From an uncultured Planctomycetaceae bacterium (lineage in GTDB: Bacteria; Planctomycetota; Planctomycetia; Pirellulales; PALSA-1355): a stretch of 64,000 bases of DNA. Location of the stretch: the NCBI GenBank assembly GCA_963785305.1, contig CAWAUV010000005.1, positions 640,001 through 704,000 of the forward strand. Reading direction: 5' to 3'. The position numbers and the translations under genes are program-made. This document shows, piece after piece, positions 32,619 to 45,379 of the stretch. A model generated the notes under the pieces. That model had not been told where the DNA came from, ran no database searches, and was given only the letters and a program-made list of their open reading frames with translations. Positions within the stretch are counted from its first letter, which is position 1, and every line of letters starts with the position of its first letter.

Positions 32619-35600
32619 TCACCGCGCGGCGCCGAGCGAGCCACAATCCCAAACCGCCGAGTCGCCATGCTTGCCAAGGCCCACGACGATGGTTCGGGCA
32701 CGATCGTGAGCACGACATCGTTGTTGCCCGAGGGGCCGAGGTAAGTGAGCGTGTAGGGCAGCGATTGGCTGCCGGAGGTGACGCCCGAGGCGGTGAAGGA
32801 GCCATTGCGGCTGCTCGGATCGATCAGCAGATAGCTTTGCCCGACGGCGACCGTGCCATCGGCGCTCGACGATGAGCGTGGCGCCGGCGCTCGAGCCGCC
32901 GAGTCCGTCAAGATTCACGATGCTGCCGTTGGCATTGAGAAACGCATAACCGCCGGTCGGAGCGCTCGATCCATTGAAGCTGGTCACGGCCATGCCCGAG
33001 GTGAGGCTCACATCGAACTGACTCGCGCTGCCGGCGAGCGTGAGCGCGGTTCCACCATTGGCGCCGCCGTTGGTCGTGACACTCAGCGTGCTATTGGCCG
33101 GGGAAACAGCGCCATTGGCCGGGTTGTAGCCGGGAACAAAGATGCCGCCGGCCGCGACGGTGACGCCGCTGGTGGCGGTGGTGGCGAAATTGATCGCGCC
33201 GGAGCCACCCAGCGTGGCGCCACTGGCGACGCCATAGTTCCCGGCATAACCGGTCGCCGAGCCATGCACGCCGTCGACATAGAGCGCGCCGGCGCCGATG
33301 GTCGTTGCGCCGGTGTAGGCATTGGCGCCGGTGAGCGTGAGCGCGCCGGCGCCGAGCTTCGTGAGCGTGCCGCCGGGGTTCGTGGTGGAGTCGACTAGCG
33401 GCTGGGCGATGGTGATATTGAAATTATTGGTGTTGATGTTGGCGCCGTTGGGCGTGAGATAGGCATGGGTGAGACCGCTCATGTAGGCGGCGCTCGAGGC
33501 ATAGGGCAACAGCGTGCCGCCATCGAAGGTGATCGTCGAAGTCGAGCCGGCGCCCAGGGCATTGGTGGCGAAGGCGGGCAAAGTCACTTGGGCCGTGCCG
33601 CCGATCGTGATCGCCGCGGAGCTATTGGTTCCGCCGGCGATCGTCTGAAAGCTTTGGGCGGTGAAGGTTCCACCGGTGAGCGTCATCGTGGCGATATCGT
33701 TCGTCGCGCCGTTGACTCCGCCGATGCTCAAATATTGGACGCTGGCCGTGCCGCCGGTTTGGTTGAAGGTGTCCGTCGTGTAGCTTTGCGCGCTGTCGTT
33801 GCGACCGATCGCAAGCTCCGCGGTCGGCATATAGAGGTTGCCGGTTCCACTGAGGTTGAACGTGGTCTGAGCATAGGTGTTCACGCCCATCATCACGCCG
33901 CGAGCAGCGGTCGAGGGCGCCCCTGTGAGCTCGCCGCCGCTGAGATTGAAGACCGCCGTGCTCTCGCTCGTGGTTGAGCCGCCTGAATTACCCAGCAGCA
34001 ATCCCAAATTGGAGGAAACGGTCACGGTTCCGCCGGTTTGGTTGACGATGCCCGTCGCCGAGCCGCCCGAGCCCACGAACAAGCCGCCGCCGCCGCTCGC
34101 CACGGTAACTGTGCCGCTCTGCAAATTCAGCGTGCCGGTTGAGCCGCCTACATTGCCCACGGTGATATTTGGCGCTCCAATCGAGATGTTTTCATTGGCC
34201 AAGCTGAGCGTGGCCGCGCCGATGGTGATCGCTCCGCTGAATGTCGTCGCGCTGCTGCTCGATGTCCAGGTTCCGCCATTTACCGTCAAGCCGCCAGTAC
34301 CCGTGATTGCCCCACTGATCGATCCGCCACCCGAACCGGTAAGCGTAAGCAGGTCGCCGGAATTGGTTACCGCGCCGTTGATCGCGACGGGAGTCGTGCT
34401 GTTGTTGGTCCAGGTTTGGGCCGCGCCGAGCGTGACCGGAGCGCTGATCGTCACTTGACCGGCGCCGCTGGCGACCGTGAATCCCGCCGAAGTGCTAAAC
34501 GCGGCGGTTCCCGAGATCGTCGTGGCGCCCGAGCCGGCGAAGGTGAGCAAATTGGCGCCCGCGGCAATGCCGCCGCTGATGGTCATGGCATTGCTGCTGT
34601 TATTCGTCCAAGTTTGGGCGGCGCCAACCGTGACCGGAGGCGCTGATTGTCACATGCCCCGCGCCGCTGGCGACCGTGAATCCCGCGGAGGTGGCGTAGG
34701 CCGCCGTGCCCGAAATCGTGGTGGCGCCCGAGCCGGCGAAGGTGAGGAGGTTGGTCCCGGCGGTGACGCCATCGCCCAAGGTGAGCGTGGCGGCGCCGCT
34801 ATTGGTCCAGGTCTGCGGGCCGCCAAGCACGATCGGCAGATTGAGGGTCACGGCGTTGGCGCTCGCGTCGGTGATGCCGGGGTTGTTGACCGTGTCGGCG
34901 TTGATCGTGAGCGAGTTCGTGTCGGTCAGGGTCACGGCGCCGACGCCACTAAGAAAGTTCAGGCTGTTGATCGTGTAGGCTTGCCCCAGACTGCTGGAAA
35001 GATTGGTTGGCGAGGGCGATGTGGTGGCGTAGTAAACATCGGTCACGGCGCCGGCGCCAGCCGAAATCGCGGTTCCGCCCGAGGCGCTCGTGTTGAAGTT
35101 CGAAAGGCCCGAATTCCAAGCCGAGCCCGCGGCGCCGGTCCAGTAGGCTTGGTCCGTGCCCACCAGCGGCGTCACATTCAGCGTGACGGCGGTCGGGGTT
35201 TCGGTGAGGCTCAGCGTGTAGGGAACTCCGTTGAAGTAGACCTTGTTGTCGGTGAGCGAGATCGGATTGGTGTTCAGCGTCGAGCCCGATCCTCCGGAGA
35301 TCAAGGTCACGCCGCTGGGACCCGTGTAGGCGCTGCCGCTGCCGAACTGGCCGATCGTGATGGTTTCGTTGGCGCTGGAAATCGTGGCGTTGCCGACGGC
35401 GGCGAGCGTGTCGGCGGTGCTCGGACCGAGATCAAAGGCCATGTTCTTCGCGCCGATCGAGGCGGCGCCGGCGACGTTGAATGTGCTCGCGATGCCGTCG
35501 GCCATGGTGAAATTCGATCCGGCGTTGAGGGTGAGGCTGCCGGCGAGGGCATTGGTCGCGGCCGCCACGCCCGGCTCGACGGCCAAGGTGGCCCCGCTCG

Positions 35601-38600
35601 AAACGGTCACGTTGCTGATGTTGCCATTGGCGCCGCCGCCGTAGCTATTGATGCCGGCGGCGATATTGGCGCCATTGCCCAGAATCAGGGTTCCGGCCGA
35701 AACAGTGGTGGGGCCGCCGTAATATTGGGTGGTATTGAGTTCCCAAGTTCCGACGCCGGCCTTGTTCAAGCTCGTGGCCGATCCGGCTTGATCCGTCAGC
35801 TCAATCGAAAATGTGTTGGCGCCGGTGTTCGATCCGATCAGGTTCAACGTTCGCGCGCCGGGCGAGTCGTATAGATTGATGTTCGAGCCGCTATGGGTGA
35901 AGCTGAGGGTGGCGCCGGGGTTGGAACCCGAGGCGTCAATTGTGTTTCCGGTCCCGGCGTAGATTCGGATTTGGCGGTTGGTGCTTTGGGCGGTGGCGCC
36001 CGTGTACTGAAGAGTGCCATTGACAATGTGGATGCCGATGCCATCGCCCGAAGCGGTTTCGGCCGCGGCGGTTCGGGCGCCCAGGCTGCTCGTGACGCCA
36101 TAGTTCGTCAGCGAGGCGACATTCACCACCACGCCGGCATTGATATCGACCACTCCGGTGAATGTGTTGGCATTGCTCAGGGTGGTCAGGCCGGTGGCGC
36201 TGATCGTCAGGCCGCCGGAACCGGAAATAACTCCGCCCAGGGTTTGGGCCCCGGCGCCCGCGAGCGTGAGCGTCGACCCGCCGAGATTCACATTGCCGCT
36301 CACGGTCGAAGTGTTCGCGCTATTGTTGGTCCAGGTCTCGCTCGCGCCCACGGTCACGGGAGCGCTCACCGTGAAGGCGCCCGCGCCACTCGCCACCGTA
36401 AAGCCAGCCGACGTGCTGAAGGCGGCGGATCCGGAAATCGTCGTGGCGCCCGAGCCAGCGATCGTGAGCGCATTCGATCCGGCCGTCACTCCATCGCTCG
36501 CGGTGAGCGTGCTCGATCCGCTGTTGGTCCAGGTTTGAGGCCCGGCGAGCACGACCGGCAGATTCAAACTCACGGGATTCGAGCTGGCGTCGGTAATCCC
36601 GGCGTTTCCCGGCGAGCCGGCGTTGATCGTCAGGGCATTGGTGTCGGTGATCGCGACGGCGCCCACGGTGCTTAGAAAACTCAGGCTATTGATCGTGTAG
36701 GCTTGGCCTAGGCTGCTGGTAAGGAGATTGGCGGGCGCGGGCGAGGTGGTCGCATAGTACACGTCGGAGCCGCTGCCGGGCGTGGCGGCGAGGGTGACGC
36801 CGCCGGCGAGGCTCGTATTGAAGTTGGCGACTCCCGCGTTCCAAGCCGGGCCTGCGGCTCCGGTCCAATAAGCCGAAACTGGGGAGCCCGCGGCGATCAC
36901 CAGTTTTTCGGCGTTGGCCGAATTGACCAGCGACATCGCGTACCCAATGCCGTTCAGCACCATGTGCGCGTTGGTAAGCGCGAAATCGTTGGGCGAGTTG
37001 AGTCCGCCCGCCGTATCGCTAATGAGGGTGTAGTTTCCATTCGGGGCGCCGGCGCCCGCGTAATCGATCGTGATCTTGTTGATGTTCGACAAGGTGGCGG
37101 CGCCGGTGATTGCAAGCAGGTCGGTGGTCAAGGCCGAACCGTTCGAGGCGAGATCAAAGGTCATATTGGCGCCGGCAAGCGCGGCGGTTCCAGCCACGGT
37201 GAGCGTGCTGGGAGCGCCATCGGCCATCGAGAAGTTGCTGCCCGAACTCAAGGTCAGGGAGCCGCCCAGGGCATTGGTGGCCACGATGCCCGGCATCGGG
37301 GCGAGCGTCGCTCCGCTGGCGACGGTCACGGCCGTGGCGCCCAGACCGCCGCCGACGCCGAATGCCAATACGCCGCCCGAAACGGTCGTCGCGCCGGTGT
37401 ATGTGTTCGCGGCCGAAACCGTGACCGTGCCTGGGCCGGCGATCGTGAAGCCTCCGAGGCCGCTCATGACGCCACCGATGGCGATCGGGCCGGCGCCGCT
37501 GGTGGTCAGCGTCGTCAATTGATTCGTGATCGGTCCGCCGAGCGACAATGTGGCGGCGCCGGAGTTGCTGATCGTTTGGCTCGTTCCGTAAAAGTAGAGC
37601 GGCACATTGAGCGACTGGTTGTTCGCGCTGGCGTCGGTCAGGCCCGCGTAGAGCGTGAGGTTGTTCACGCTGTCGGTGATGCTGATCGAGGGCGAGTTAC
37701 TGGTGTAGTTGAGGCTGTTCAGCGCGTAGCTCTGCCCGAGCGACGTGATCGTTTGCGGCGATGTGGCGCCGCTACCGGCGGTGGCGGTGAAATAGAGGTT
37801 GTTGATCGACGTGGGCTGGGCGCCCAAATCCGGCGTGCCCGAACTGCTCGAGGAAAAATTGGTCACCGCGCCGGCGCTGGCCGTGGCGTTGAGCGTGGTT
37901 TGACTAGCGTTGCCGGTGTAATAAACATTCGAGATCGACGTGGCCGGCCCGACGACGAGCGTCTCGGCGTTGTTGGAATTGACGAGCGAAATGGGATACG
38001 TGTTACTCGCCACGGTCAGATATCCCTGGGTCAGCGTAAAATCTCCGGGAGCGGTGAGTCCGCCAGCGGTGTCGCTGAGCAGGGTGTAGCTGCCGGTTGG
38101 AACGCCCGCGCCGGTGTAGTTGATCTTGATGGCGTTCATATTCGACACCGTCGCGGCGCCGGTGATCGAAATCTGGTCGGTGGCAAGCGCGGACCCGTTG
38201 GTCGCGAGGTCGAACGTCATTTTGGCGCCGGCGAGCGAGGCGGCGCCCGCGACATCGAGTGTGCTGGGAGCGGTATCGGCCATGGTGAAGTTGCTGCCCG
38301 AGTTCAGGGTCAGCGAGCCGCCCAGCGTGGTCGTGCCCACGGCGCCCGGCGTCACGGCCAAAGTCGCCCCGCTCGACACCGTCACGGCCGTGGCGCCGGT
38401 GAGATTGCCGTTGGCGCCGAGTTCGAGCGTGCCGCTGGTGATGTTCGTGGCGCCGGAGTAGGTGCTTGTGCCGGTGAAGACTTGCGTATCGGCGCTCGGC
38501 AGCGAAACCGTCAACGCCACCAAACTCGGCGTCGTCGGCGCAATCGCGCCGCTAAATGTGCCGCCGACTCCGTTGAGCGTCAACGTCGAGGCGGTAACGC

Positions 38601-39772
38601 TTGAGTTGATCACCGATCCGGCGCCCACGAGTCCCCCGAGCGAATTCGTATCCCCTCCCAGATCGACAAATGCGCCGGAATTGATCGTGACCGCGCTCGT
38701 GATCGCATTGTTCGCGTAATTGAATTGGAGCGTGGTTCCGGCGCCGGTCACGGTCACGGCGCCGGTTTGAAAGGCGTCCCAGGGAGCGGCAAGCGTGTGT
38801 CCACCTTGGATCGTCACGGCTCCAGGACTGGCGGCGTTGCCGAACCCAGAGCCCGATGTGATGTTGCCGCCGGTGGTGTCGATCGTGCTCGTGCCCGAGA
38901 GAAAGTTGATTGGCAGGCCGCCGGAAATGCTTGTCGCCGCGGTGGAAAGCAGGGTGGCCCCGGCGAAATTCAATCCGACGCCGCCGCTGACGTAATTAAT
39001 GCCGCCCGCGCCCAGGGCAATTACTCCGCTGTTGAAATTTATCGTGCCGCCGCCGCCGGCGACCGTGAGGCGGCTCAAAGTGACCGTTCCGCTGCTGGCG
39101 ACCGTGAGCGTCGTGCCCGAGGCCATGGTATATTGTCCCGTGCCCGAGCTCGTGCCGGTGATGTTAAGGGTTCCGGCGTTGACGGCAGTCGTTCCGCCGT
39201 AGGTATCGGCGCCGGCCAGCGTCACCGTGCCGGCGCCCGCCGCGGTGATACCGCCCGCGCCGCTGATCGCGCCGCCGAAGGTGAGATTGCCGCCGCCGGC
39301 GGTGGTGGTGAAGGTTTGGGTCGCCGCGATGCTGAACGGGTTGTTGATCGTTTCGAGATTCGTGCCGCTATTGGTGATTCCGCCTGTGAGGGCAAACGCG
39401 TTTCCGGCGCCCGCGCCGGAATACGTGTTCGTTGTTCCATCGCCGATTACGAAGGCGGCCGCGCCGGAGCTGAAGGTGATGCCGGCGATATTGAAGGCAC
39501 TGCTCGTGAGATCGTTGTCGAGGTCGAGCCCGCTTGTGCCGGCGGCGCCGAATATCAAGGAATCGTTACTGCTCGGCAGAGTGTTGGCGCTTCCAGTTTC
39601 CGGCAATCGAGAAATTGCCGCTCGTGGCGCCCGACCAATAATCGCTTTGAGCGTGGGCGCGCAATGGGAAGCACATGGCGCTGATCGCGAAAAGCGCCCA
39701 GCAAAGCATGGCGCGCCGTGATCGCAATCGCGAATCCGAGCCGAACTTGTGGGAGTTCATCAAATCGAGCAT
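32619..39772 (-). CDS. Giant autotransporter-associated beta-strand-repeat protein with PEP-CTERM (frameshifts)
   Basis: Signal peptide (..RAHAQSDYWSGATSGNF); repeats such as LTKLGAGALTLTGANAYTGATTI and NTYTGATTVSGG; C-terminal VPEPSSWAL. Confidence 0.85.
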
Positions 39773-40036
39773 CAACGGAACCTTGCGAGACGACGCATTT
39801 CGGGAAATTCTCGGCATCGGCGGGAATTCACAATCGGCCGCATCCGCCCAGATTCCGCGCCCGGCGCCGGTCAGGCTGAAAGACATGCGACGAAACCCGG
39901 GAGTAGCGGCGCCCCTCGCGAGGTTTTCGTCCGAACCGCCAGCCGCTTCAATCAAGCAGCATAGTTTGGCGGCAAAACCCCTGCAACCGTTTTTTTCGGA
40001 ATTAACAAAACTAATTATGGCCGCAAATCGCGGTCA

Positions 40037-41142
40037 TTAGAGCTCCGGCGGCGGGGCGGCTTCTGGCAGTTCGCGAAAGCTGTCGAGCGATTTGCGAATC
40101 TCGGCCTCCTGCTGCTTGAATGTCGCGGTCTCGCACACGACGCGAATCTCGTAGTTTCGCCGCGCGCGGCGAAGCGCCGTTCGACAATCGTCACCGGCAC
40201 ATCGCCGCGCTCGCTTTCGAGAACCGTTTCCAGGCCATTCGTCGCCCCCAGAGCCACGATGCGGCAGTCCACCATTCGCGCCGCGGGCTTGGCCTTGGCC
40301 GCGGCGGCGCCGGCGCCGGCTTGCAAAGTGGGCAAGTCGAGCGGAGCCCGCGCGCTGGCCGACACGCTCACATGGTCGACAAACACGCCATGCGCCGCGC
40401 CATGGGCAAACCATAGTGCCCGATCGCTCGCCCCGAACGACGGTTTCCATCCCTGGGGTGGCCGCAAACCGAATTGAAATTGCGGTTGGAGCCAGTAGCC
40501 ATCGGCCACGGCCGTGAGCCCGGCCTCGGGCGGCGACAGCCGGGCGCTGGCCACGAGATCGTCGAATTCTGCCCGGTAGGCCGCGAAATGGGCTTCATCG
40601 GTGATCAATGTGAAGGTGTAGAGCGTTTCTTGCCGCACGAGCCGTAGCGTCACCTCGAAGCGTCGCTCCTCGCCCGGCTCCACATTTGCGTCGAGCAGTT
40701 CCCACACCGTCGCCAACCGCTGCCGGTCGGGCGGGCCGTCGCCGCCTTCGATCGTGTCGCTCACGAGTTTGCGGCGCGGGTCGCCCGAATGTTGCTCGCG
40801 CTCGTTCTGGTCGCGATCGACTTTCTGGAAATCGGTCAGATTTTCCGGCGCCGAGGCCAATTCACAGCGCACATAGCCATCGGCGGAACTTTTTTCTTGC
40901 GGCAAATGCAAGACAAATGCCCGATCGTTCTCCGACCACTCCATCAGCCGCCAAGCGCCGGGCGCCGTGACCACGACTCCAAACCGCGGCGCTTCGATCC
41001 GCCTGAGGCCCTCTTCAGCCAAAGCCGGCGCCGCGGCGGCGCCGAAAACCGCGGCCATCGCCCAGGCGCCAAGGAGCGCCGAAGCCGCGGCCCAGGGAGT
41101 TCGGCGGCGTGATATTGTTTTCAAACGTCCGAAATGTTTCAT
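40037..41142 (-). CDS. Exported hypothetical protein with two similar (PsbP-like?) halves (frameshift near C-terminus)
   Basis: Signal peptide; FGVVVTAPGAW and FGLRPPQGW begin the two halves. Confidence 0.65.
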
Positions 41143-41334
41143 CAGTGCGTCTCGACACAGGTCAATCGGTTCGGACAATGAACAGTCGGCCTAATCAACG
41201 GTGGCAAGTCGCCACGACGGATCGCTCCTGGACCGCGCGGTTTTCCCGCGCCTCGGGCAAAAGTAAATCGTTCGCCCGCTCCATGCTAAGCGATCTCGCG
41301 TCGGGCGTCGAACATTTCGCGTCGGCCGACGACC

Positions 41335-42438
41335 ATGATTTCGAAAATTTTCCTCCATGAATTCGTCATCGGCGGCGGTTGCTATTCCCTGCCCGGGTCG
41401 CCTGCGCCCGCTGGCTCACTCTTGGTCGAGGGTCTTTTGATGGCCCGCGCCGCGGCCGACGACCTGGCCCGACTCCACGGAATCGAAGTCACGACGCTTT
41501 GCGACGCCCGACTGCCTCGAGACCAATGGCCATCTGGCGATGCCGTTTCCGTCGCCAGCAGCCACGAAGAACGCCTTACTTTTGCCCAGCTTGCCGCCGC
41601 CGCCGATGCGACACTCGTGATCGCGCCCGAGATCGGCGGCGCGCTGCTCGAACGCACCGAATGGGCACTCGAGGGCGGCGGGCGACTCCTGGGGCCGGGG
41701 CCCGAGACCGTGGCGCTGGCCTCCGACAAACATCGGCTCGCCGAGCATCTTCTTAGCGCGAGTGTTTCGGCTCCGCGGGGCGAGATCATCGCGGCCGACG
41801 CCCCGCTGCCACGCGACTTCGATTACCCGGCCGTGCTCAAACCGCTCGATGGCGCCGGCTCGCTCGATGTGCGGCTTGTGCCCTGCTGGCGACCCGAAGA
41901 GCGCGGCTTGAATCGGCCCGCGCGGCTCGAGAAGTATTGGCCCGGCCAAGCGGCGAGCGTGGCGGTCGTGTGCGGGCCTGGCGAACGACTCGCGCTGCCG
42001 GCTTGCGAACAGCGGCAGGGCACGGGTTTTCAGTATCTTGGCGCGCGCACTCCGCTCGAAGCCCGGCTGGCCGCGCGGGCCAAGCAACTGGCGCTGGCGG
42101 CAATCGAGACGCTTGCGGCGCCGCGTGGTTACCTGGGGGTCGACCTCGTGCTAGGCGCTGCCGCCGATGGCTCGCAAGACGTGGTGATCGAAGTGAATCC
42201 GCGCCTGACGACATCGTACATCGCGCTGCGGCAGTCGCTCGACACGAATTTAATGCAGCTTGTGCTCGCGGCGCATGAAGGCCGACCGATGCGATTGAAC
42301 ACCCCCGGCCGCGCGGTACAATTCGATCTGCTCCTCGCGATGCCCGCGGAATCGCCAACGGAATCGCGGGTGGGGCGCGGCGGAGCGCCTGAGTTTCGCG
42401 GACCTTCGCATACCCTATTGCCCGAGTCGCGTCGATGA
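41335..42438 (+). CDS. ATP-grasp protein, MfnD-like (tyramine-glutamate ligase family)
   Basis: HEFVIGGG, EGLLM, VIAPE, ASDK, KPLDGAGS, GYLGVD, IEVNPRLTTSY. Confidence 0.85.
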   Translation: MISKIFLHEFVIGGGCYSLPGSPAPAGSLLVEGLLMARAAADDLARLHGIEVTTLCDARLPRDQWPSGDAVSVASSHEERLTFAQLAAAADATLVIAPEIGGALLERTEWALEGGGRLLGPGPETVALASDKHRLAEHLLSASVSAPRGEIIAADAPLPRDFDYPAVLKPLDGAGSLDVRLVPCWRPEERGLNRPARLEKYWPGQAASVAVVCGPGERLALPACEQRQGTGFQYLGARTPLEARLAARAKQLALAAIETLAAPRGYLGVDLVLGAAADGSQDVVIEVNPRLTTSYIALRQSLDTNLMQLVLAAHEGRPMRLNTPGRAVQFDLLLAMPAESPTESRVGRGGAPEFRGPSHTLLPESRR

Positions 42439-43441
42439 AGTGGCTGGCGTTTGATATCGGCGGCGCCAAGCTGAAAGTCGCCGATGGAGACGGTTACGTC
42501 GCCTCGCACAACTTCCCATTGTGGCAATCGCCACAAGTCTTGGCCGAAACGCTGCGCGCGATGATCGCGCAAGCGCCGCGCGTTGATCGGCTGGCGGCGA
42601 CCATGACGGGCGAGTTGGCCGATTGTTTCGCGACCAAGGCCGAGGGCGTGAACTTTATACTCGGCGCCTTCTCGCGCGCCGCCGATGGACGACACACTCG
42701 AATTTATCTGACCAATGGTCGCTTGGTCGCCCTCCCGATCGCGCAGCGCCAGCCGCTGATGGTGGCGGCGGCCAATTGGCACGCGCTCGCGGCCTTCGCC
42801 GGAAAATTCGCCCCGCGGGCCCGCGATCTTGGTGGATATCGGCTCGACCACGACCGACATTATTCCGCTCGACGATGGCGCTCCCGCGCCCTGGCGCTAC
42901 CGATCCCGAACGGCTGGCCAGCGGCGAACTGGTGTACACGGGCGTCGAGCGCAGCCCGATATGCGCGCTGGTGCGCGAAGTCATGTGGCAAGGCAAGACG
43001 TGTCCCGTGGCGCAGGAGCTCTTCGCCACCACGCTCGATGCCTATCTCGTGTTGGGCGACATCAACGAGGAGAACCATTCCTCGCAAACCGCCGATCATC
43101 GTCCCGCGACGCGCGCTGCTGCGCTCGACCGGCTGGCGCGCATGGCCTGCTGCGACCGAACCATGTTCGACGAGCAAGACGCCCAATTGCTTGCCACGGC
43201 CGTGATGCGGGCCCAATTGCGATTAATCGGCGAAGGATTGCAAAAGGTGGTGGCTCGCATGAGCGTGCCCCCGGCCACGGTGGTGGTGTCGGGTCGTGGT
43301 GAATTCTTGGCGAAGCGCGCCGTGTCGCAAGCCAATTTGCCGGCGCCGGTGATATCGCTCGCCAGCCAGTTGGGCGCGGAGGTGTCGCGCTGCGCCACGG
43401 CCCACGCGCTGGCGGTGATCGCCAAGGAAGGTTCGCCATGA
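42435..43441 (+). CDS. H4MPT-linked C1 pathway hydantoinase/oxoprolinase-family protein (Orf9/MfnF-like; frameshifts)
   Basis: FDIGGAKLK, TMTGELADCF, AAANWHA, DIGSTTTDIIP, TDPERLASGELVYTGVER, ELFATTLD. Confidence 0.88.
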
Positions 43442-44090
43442 CGGGCGTCGGCGGCCGGGCGGCATTGGCCGTGGCTCGGCCCGCGGCGTGGTGAAACTTG
43501 GCGGAAGCTTGTTGGCCTGGTCCGGAGTGGGCGACGCGTGGCGCAAGTGGATCAAGCGCGAGCCACCGGCGAAGACACTGCTCGTCGTGGGCGGAGGGCC
43601 TTTCGCCGACGCGGTTCGCGGCGCCGATGACGTGCATCGCCTCTCGGCTTGGGCCGCGCATGAACTGGCGATCGGCGCGATGTCGCTCTCGGCCCGCTTG
43701 GCGCGGTCGCTTTTGAACGATTGCGAACGATTGGCCAGCCACGCGGCGCTCGGCGCCTGGGCGGCAAAGCCTCGCGGGTCAGTCGGAATCGTCGATATCG
43801 ACGCGCTGCTGCAAGAAGCCAAGACGCGTGAGGCGCCGCTTGGTCGGTTGCTGGCCAGGATCGAGCCCTCGTGGGACATTACCAGCGATTCGCTCGCCGC
43901 CGCCGTGGCCCACGCTCTTGAAATCAACGCATTGATATTGCTCAAGAGCGACGATCCTCCGCCAGGCGCTTCGCTCGAGGAACTTGCGGCGGGCGGTTAT
44001 GTCGACCGTTATTTTCCCATCGCGGCGCGAGGGCTTGCGGTGCGCTGTGTTAATTTGCGAGTCGCGTCGCCCGACGCCTATTCACGCTAG
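43438..44090 (+). CDS. Amino-acid-kinase-family protein (Orf21/MfnE-like)
   Basis: VVKLGGSL, VGGGPFADAVR, AHELAIGAM, SWDITSDSLAA, LLKS, GYVDRYF. Start is either the ATGA overlap at 43438 (needs a frameshift) or GTG 43488. Confidence 0.85.
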
Positions 44091-44106
44091 CGGCATGTGG
44101 CGTCGA

Positions 44107-44799
44107 TCAACTGCCGTAGGAAGTGACAATCACTTCGTCGGCGCATTTCTTGAACATGACCTTGATCGCGAAGCCGTTCGACCATGTGTGCCAAATCACG
44201 GCGCGGCCGAAGAGACCGGTCTCGTGGCTGATGGCGGGCTTGCCCACAGTGCAGCCGGGCAGGGTCACCGGAATCTTGGTCACGCAGCCAGTGCAAGGAT
44301 CGCAAGCGGAGAGCACGGTCTTGAGCGGCGGTGGTTCGCAGCAACCGCAGCATACCTTGCAGCACCCGCGCCGCTGGTGATAAATGATCTTGAGCTTCGG
44401 GCAACATGGCTCGCAACAGGGCTCGCAACAGGATGGTGGACAGCAGGGCGGTGGACAGCAGGGCGCCGGCCGGGCACAAGGCATCGCGAAACTCGCGGGG
44501 CTCATCAACGCCGAGGCGTTTGCCAAGCTCACACGATCCGCGAGACTCGCGGCGCTCGCGAGGGAGACGTTCGTCGCGAGCCGGCCATCGCTCGAATCGC
44601 TTGCCGATGGTTCCCTGGAGGCCGCGATCGTGTTCACCACGGTGGCATGCTTAACACTCGCGCGCATCGCTCGAATCGCCACTTGCACGGCGGATTCGGC
44701 CGGGGCGATCGTCGTTGGGTCGTTCGACGCCGCTTGCTCGGCGCGGCCAACGGTCACTCCGATCGCGAACACGGCGAGCCCCAAAAGAATTCGACGCAT
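44107..44799 (-). CDS. Secreted Cys-rich protein
   Basis: GAGGAGG RBS, signal peptide, and 22 Cys in the C-terminal half (CCPPP/CCEP repeats). Confidence 0.8.
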   Translation of the reverse strand: MRRILLGLAVFAIGVTVGRAEQAASNDPTTIAPAESAVQVAIRAMRASVKHATVVNTIAASREPSASDSSDGRLATNVSLASAASLADRVSLANASALMSPASFAMPCARPAPCCPPPCCPPSCCEPCCEPCCPKLKIIYHQRRGCCKVCCGCCEPPPLKTVLSACDPCTGCVTKIPVTLPGCTVGKPAISHETGLFGRAVIWHTWSNGFAIKVMFKKCADEVIVTSYGS

Positions 44800-45379
44800 G
44801 GCTTGTTCCTCCTCAAAGCAAGAATAAATGGCTCCGCATCCATTTTAGGCGCCAATTAACGCTCCTGTCGGGGCATCGCGGCGAGCTCCGGCTTTTGCTC
44901 ACCTCGGGAAAGAATCGCGACGTTAAATATCGCTCAATCTTCCCATGCCGTCCGCGACCGAGCGAACAATCAGTTTCCAAAGAATGACAATCCCCGGGGC
45001 CGCTGCCAAGGGGTTGACGGGAGGGTGTTTTGTTAACTCGCTTTTGGGAAATGATTTAAGGCAGCGACCCGATTCTTCGTTCGGTGTCGCAAGGGCGCTC
45101 ATTTCGCTAAATTCCGCGAACAATTGTTGGAAACGCCCGGGCGCCGGTTTTTTTGCGGCGCTTGGCCGCGAAGTGAGCTAGAGTTCAAATGCCCGGCAAA
45201 AGTCAACATCCTTTCTATTCAGCCGGGCAAAGTCACTTCTCATTCTCGAATTCCGAATTGCTCGTTTTCTCCGTCTCGCGATTTATCGGCGCCGCGGAAT
45301 AACCGCGCATTGAAGGCCGAAGTTTTGCGGCTTTGGCTCGATTCGCGATTCGTTGATTTCGCGCGCAGGGGAGGCAATC

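Noticed and set aside
39897..39910. GGGAGTAGC resembling a yybP-ykoY riboswitch
   Set aside because: Wrong strand for the adjacent gene, and the rest of the motif is missing.
39970..39985. GG-N10-GC sigma54-like motif
   Set aside because: It is on the plus strand with no plus-strand gene downstream.
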